A stretch of 64,000 nt of DNA, taken from an uncultured Armatimonadetes bacterium (GTDB lineage Bacteria > Armatimonadota > UBA5829 > DTJY01). The stretch is taken from assembly GCA_963717145.1 (NCBI GenBank), contig OY970325.1, positions 384,001-448,000 on the forward strand, in the 5' to 3' direction. A model generated the notes under the pieces. The model had not been told where the DNA came from. It saw only the letters and a program-made list of their open reading frames with translations, and did not search any database. A program made the translations under genes and the position numbers. Positions 60,228 through 64,000 of the stretch are shown here, piece after piece (within the stretch, counting starts at the first letter, position 1; each line of letters begins with the position of its first letter).

Positions 60228-61451
60228 ATGGACCATTCGAGGAGGGATTTCCTGCGCCGAAGCGGTATGGCACTCGTGGGAGTCGCGCTGGCACCGGAAC
60301 TGGTCGGCGCGCAGACGACAGGAGGCACGGAGAGAAGCATGGACAAGAAGATCAGGATCGGCGTGGTCGGCGGCGGATTCGGGGCCGCGTTCCACTGGCA
60401 TCGGGACCCGAACTGCATCGTCGAGGCGGTGAGCGACCTCAGACCGGACAGGCGCAAGCATCTCCAGGACGTCTATGGGTGCAACAAGCCCTACGATTCG
60501 CTGGAGGATCTGATCAAGGACAAGGACGTGGATGCGGTGGCGATATTCACCGGCGCGCCGGACCACGTGAAGCATGCCGTCGCCTGCATGAAGGCCGGCA
60601 AGCACGTGATCTCCGCCGTTCCCGCCTGCATCTCGCTCGACCAGGCGGAGGAACTCCTCGCCGCGCAGAAGAAGACCGGCCTGACCTACATGATGGCCGA
60701 GACGAGCTACTATCACCCCGTCTTCATCTCGGCGCGCAAGTTCTATGCCGAGGGCAAGTTCGGCGATATCTACTACACCGAGTCCGAGTACCACCACGCG
60801 GGGATGGAATACTCGCTCTGGGAGGACGCGCAGGGCAAGACCTGGCGATGGGCCTACCCGCCGATGCTCTATCCGACCCACTGCACCTCGTTCCTCGTCG
60901 GGCTCACGGGCGAGCGGCTGACGGAGGTCTCCTGCATCGGCTGGGGCGACGGCGACCCGATCATGGACGGCAACATCTACAACAACAAGTTCTGGAACGA
61001 GACCGCGCTCTTCAAGACCGACAGGGGCAACGCCTTCCGCGTCTCGATCAACTGGCGAGGGGCGTTCGGCGGGACGGAGCGGGCGCAGTGGTATGGCAGC
61101 AAGATGAGCCTGTTCGAGGGGCATCCGAACGGTGTGGGACCGGTAATGCGAAGATCGACGGACAAGTTCGTCAAGGACGGGGCAGGGTATGATGTCGGTC
61201 TGGCGGCGTTCGAGCAGTACGATACGCCGAAGTGGGCCGAGATGCTGCTCCCCGAGCCGATGCGCGTCGGCGGCGGACACGACGGGGCCGAGCCGTTCCT
61301 GACGCACGAGTTCATCGATGCGCTGGTGAACGGTCGCAAGCCCGCGATCGACATCCACGAGGCGCTGGCGTATACCGTGCCGGGGATCATCGCGCACAAG
61401 TCGGCGGTCGAGGGCGGCAAGCAGATGAAGGTCCCGAGCTTCGACCGGTAG
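60228..61451 (+). CDS. Tat-exported Gfo/Idh/MocA oxidoreductase
   Basis: SRRDFL signal; IGVVGGGFG; GGGHDG. Confidence 0.85.
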   Translation: MDHSRRDFLRRSGMALVGVALAPELVGAQTTGGTERSMDKKIRIGVVGGGFGAAFHWHRDPNCIVEAVSDLRPDRRKHLQDVYGCNKPYDSLEDLIKDKDVDAVAIFTGAPDHVKHAVACMKAGKHVISAVPACISLDQAEELLAAQKKTGLTYMMAETSYYHPVFISARKFYAEGKFGDIYYTESEYHHAGMEYSLWEDAQGKTWRWAYPPMLYPTHCTSFLVGLTGERLTEVSCIGWGDGDPIMDGNIYNNKFWNETALFKTDRGNAFRVSINWRGAFGGTERAQWYGSKMSLFEGHPNGVGPVMRRSTDKFVKDGAGYDVGLAAFEQYDTPKWAEMLLPEPMRVGGGHDGAEPFLTHEFIDALVNGRKPAIDIHEALAYTVPGIIAHKSAVEGGKQMKVPSFDR

Positions 61452-61458
61452 CGGGGAA

Positions 61459-61530
61459 GTGAACAGTCGACGGTGAACGGTGAATGGTGAACGGTGCAAA
61501 TGGTTGGGGCAGGAGTTGGACTCCTGCCCC
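61459..61530. repeat. TGAACGG heptamer run followed by a GC hairpin
   Basis: TGAACAG TCGACGG TGAACGG TGAATGG TGAACGG; GGGGCAGGAGT-TGG-ACTCCTGCCCC. Confidence 0.75.
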
Positions 61531-61562
61531 GTGTGGAAAAGCTGTTTGATGCGAGGGATGAT

Positions 61563-62612
61563 CTACCGTCGCCTTCGGATGAGCCCAGCCAGTGCGAGCA
61601 GGCCGCTCCCCAGTGCGAGGAGGCTCGACGGCTCGGGGACGACGTTGTGCCACAGGACCGCGTCATACTTGTTTGTGGCCCAGTTGTGCGCGTAGCCGGA
61701 GATCCAGATATCGTTGCCCACCACCTCGATGCTTCGTGCGCTGGATTCCTGATGCCCAGTGCCCAGTAAGGCGTGGAGATCCACAAAGCTCTCCGCCGTT
61801 CCGCTCCATATGCCCGCGTGGCCACCGCTCCCGAAAGACGCGCCTCCGACCTGCAGGCCGCCGGAGACGTCTCCGATAGACGAACTGATGGCACCGGCGG
61901 GATTGAGGTCCATCCAGCTTGCCGCCGTGCCACTCCACATGCCGGCATGATCATGCGCCTCTCCGAACTGCTGCGCACCTGAAGCGTCACGGACCATAGA
62001 CCAGTTGCTCCCGATGGGATTGAGGTCCACGAAGCTCTGCGCCGTTCCGCTCCATATGCCCGCGTGACCTCCTGCAATCCCATACTGATGGCCGCCTGAG
62101 GCGCCGAAGGCATAGGAAAAAGTCCTCCCGGCGGGATGCAGATCCACCCAGGTCGCCGCTGTCCCGCTCCACATGCCGGCGTGACTAGCTCCGCCGATTG
62201 TGGCATATCCGACCTGCTGACCGCCTAGGACTCCCAAGGCAATGGACCACGGGCTCCCAGCGGGATGGAGATCCACCCAACTTGCCGCCGTCCCGCTCCA
62301 CAGCCCGGCGTGCTGGACGCCGCCGGTGACGGCGAATCCGACCTGCTGGCCTGCTGCGACGCCATAGGCTCGGGACTCGGTGGCTCCGGCGGGATTGAGG
62401 TCCAGCCAGCTCTCGGCCGTCCCGCTCCAGATGCCGCCGCGAGTGCTGCCGCCGATGGTCGCGTATCCGGCCTGCTGGCCTCCGGACATGCCGTAAGCAC
62501 GGGACTCAGTGGCTCCGACGGGAGTGAGGTACGTCACCGTCCATCCGGCCAAAGCGGAGGTGGTGACTACGAAGACAAGTAGTGCGGTGAAGATGAGCCA
62601 ATGCTTGTTCAT
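61563..62612 (-). CDS. PEP-CTERM protein with about 7 tandem 35-40-aa repeats
   Basis: HAG.WSGTA.S..DL.P.G repeats; VPEPSSLLAL..TM..RRRR. Confidence 0.9.
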   Translation of the reverse strand: MNKHWLIFTALLVFVVTTSALAGWTVTYLTPVGATESRAYGMSGGQQAGYATIGGSTRGGIWSGTAESWLDLNPAGATESRAYGVAAGQQVGFAVTGGVQHAGLWSGTAASWVDLHPAGSPWSIALGVLGGQQVGYATIGGASHAGMWSGTAATWVDLHPAGRTFSYAFGASGGHQYGIAGGHAGIWSGTAQSFVDLNPIGSNWSMVRDASGAQQFGEAHDHAGMWSGTAASWMDLNPAGAISSSIGDVSGGLQVGGASFGSGGHAGIWSGTAESFVDLHALLGTGHQESSARSIEVVGNDIWISGYAHNWATNKYDAVLWHNVVPEPSSLLALGSGLLALAGLIRRRR

Positions 62613-62672
62613 TCCGAATCTCCTCTAATACAGGATTGTGGCGAGAAGACTGGTCCGCCAGTAGACTACACA

Positions 62673-62688
62673 TGCAAGATTCGTGCCA
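62673..62688 (-). promoter_or_regulatory. Sigma54 (-24/-12) promoter
   Basis: TGGCACGAATCTTGCA, identical to 57181-57196. Confidence 0.85.
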
Positions 62689-62804
62689 AAGCGGGCAGCA
62701 AGCCGGTAATACTGCCTGGAGATGGCCAGGAGAAGTCGAATTGCCCATGACTTTGCATCACGCCAGGTGGTATACTAGGCGAAACGGCGATGAGAGGTGA
62801 GATC

Positions 62805-63590
62805 ATGACACACGCGCGAATCATGTACGACATGACCGTCAAGGAGATAGTCGAGGGCCTGGAGGAGACCCGGACCGTCGTCATCCCCATCGGGATGATC
62901 GAACAGCACGGGTATCATCTGCCGACGAGCGTGGACGTCCACAACTCCGCGGAGATCGCCCGCAGGACGTCCGAGGCGACCGGCTGCTTCGTGACACCCT
63001 CGGTCCACTACAACATATCCGGCGGGATGCTCCCCGGCACGATCAACATCACCCCGCAGGTGTTCTCGCTCATGCTCATGGACATCATGCAGAGCCTCGT
63101 GATGCAGGGGTTCAAGAACATCATCCTGCTGCTGGGACACGGCGGCCTGGAGAGCGGGACGGCTGCCAAGGATGCCGCCACGTTCTTCCAATGGCTCAGA
63201 CCCGAGATGCCGGGGGTCAACGTCTGCCTGCTCGGATTCTGGGAGCTTTCGCCGACGTACTGGGAGATGTGCCAGAAAGGCGACTGGCATGCGGGCCTGC
63301 TCGAGACCTCGATGATGCTCTACTGGAAGCCCGAACTCGTGAAGCTCGACCAGGCGCAGTATGACGAGGGAGAGATACTCCCGCTCATGCGCAAGGACCC
63401 GTATATGTTTGCGAACAAGCTCAAGAACGTGGACAACAAGTTCGTCGTGCCGAGAATCATCCAGGACCCGCGAATCAAGGTGGGCGTCATGGGCGACTTG
63501 ACGGGCGCGAACCCGGAACTCGGCCGCAAGATCGCGGAGGAGTGCATCTCCGGCCTGGCCAAGTTGATAGCGGAGTTGGAGGCAGATTAG
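62805..63590 (+). CDS. Creatininase family amidohydrolase
   Basis: EQHGYHLP..VD, GHGG, HAG..ETS. Confidence 0.9.
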   Translation: MTHARIMYDMTVKEIVEGLEETRTVVIPIGMIEQHGYHLPTSVDVHNSAEIARRTSEATGCFVTPSVHYNISGGMLPGTINITPQVFSLMLMDIMQSLVMQGFKNIILLLGHGGLESGTAAKDAATFFQWLRPEMPGVNVCLLGFWELSPTYWEMCQKGDWHAGLLETSMMLYWKPELVKLDQAQYDEGEILPLMRKDPYMFANKLKNVDNKFVVPRIIQDPRIKVGVMGDLTGANPELGRKIAEECISGLAKLIAELEAD

Positions 63591-63591
63591 T

Positions 63592-63698
63592 CTGTAGGGG
63601 CGTGCCTTGTGCCGCCCACCCGGCGTACCGTTCCTGTAGGGGCGTGCCTTGTGCCGCCCGGCATGCGGTTGCAGGCGGCACAAGGCACGCCCCTACAG
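63592..63698. repeat. GTAGGGGCG REP triplet
   Basis: Two direct copies of CTGTAGGGGCGTGCCTTGTGCCGCCC and one inverted copy. Confidence 0.9.
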
Positions 63699-63718
63699 CG
63701 AAAGTGCAGGAGGATAGG

Positions 63719-64000
63719 ATGCCTAAGGACAAGCTGCTGGAGCAGGAAGAACAGACCGGCCGCACATACGGCGGGAACGAACTGAAGTACCTGCGCGAGG
63801 TGATCGAATCCGGGCGGCTCTCCAGCCTCAACGGAGGGACGTTCGTCCCGCGCTTCGAGGAGGCCTTCTCGCGACTCCTCGGCGCGAACCACGCGATTGC
63901 GATCAATACCTGTATGAGCGCCCTCCACGCCGCCGTCCTCTGCGCCGATGCCGGTCCTGGCACGGAGGTCATCTGCGACTCGGAGTTCGTCTTCGGCTCG
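63719..64000 (+). CDS. DegT/DnrJ/EryC1/StrS aminotransferase, 3'-truncated by window edge
   Basis: AGGAGG RBS; translates to ..EVIESG..FEEAF..HAIAINTCMSALHAA..GPGTEVI. Confidence 0.8.
   Translation, partial: MPKDKLLEQEEQTGRTYGGNELKYLREVIESGRLSSLNGGTFVPRFEEAFSRLLGANHAIAINTCMSALHAAVLCADAGPGTEVICDSEFVFGS

Noticed and set aside
61700-62540. Roughly 120-bp periodic repeats as a guide or spacer array
   Set aside because: They lie in-frame in an intact PEP-CTERM ORF and vary like coding sequence.
1-64000. CRISPR array or cas genes
   Set aside because: No constant repeat with unique, regularly sized spacers; repeats are short tandem units, palindromes or coding repeats.

Overview
GC-rich bacterial chromosomal window. 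The gene styles suggest Armatimonadota or a similar lineage; this is inference, as there is no rRNA marker. It carries mostly housekeeping and catabolic genes: araD-araB, a c-heme-fused cytochrome bd-superfamily pair, two GH38 alpha-mannosidases, a sugar ABC transporter, glpK, a GH4/BadF kinase operon, accB-hom-thrC-purC-IMP cyclohydrolase-apgM-tilS-ftsH-formiminotransferase-folP, tRNA-Gln(UUG), and two PEP-CTERM genes with identical sigma54 promoters. Two complete IS elements (IS3, IS481) both sit inside short-tandem-repeat hairpins. The most striking unexplained structure is a set of about 10 unrelated families of small palindromic elements (REP/REPIN-like and 6-9-mer tandem-repeat hairpins). 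They repeatedly begin at stop codons, supply start/stop codons, nest in each other and insert in-frame inside enzymes (GH38, GlpK). Several orphan cassettes are defence/toxin candidates: HNH-TPR, PD-(D/E)XK nuclease plus DHH phosphoesterase, and HEPN plus a non-MNT partner. There is also a minimal activase plus Cys-rich partner pair of unknown chemistry. Clustered frameshifts at 17.9-18.3 kb and 27.4-30.3 kb look like assembly errors. No CRISPR array, rRNA or reverse transcriptase was seen.
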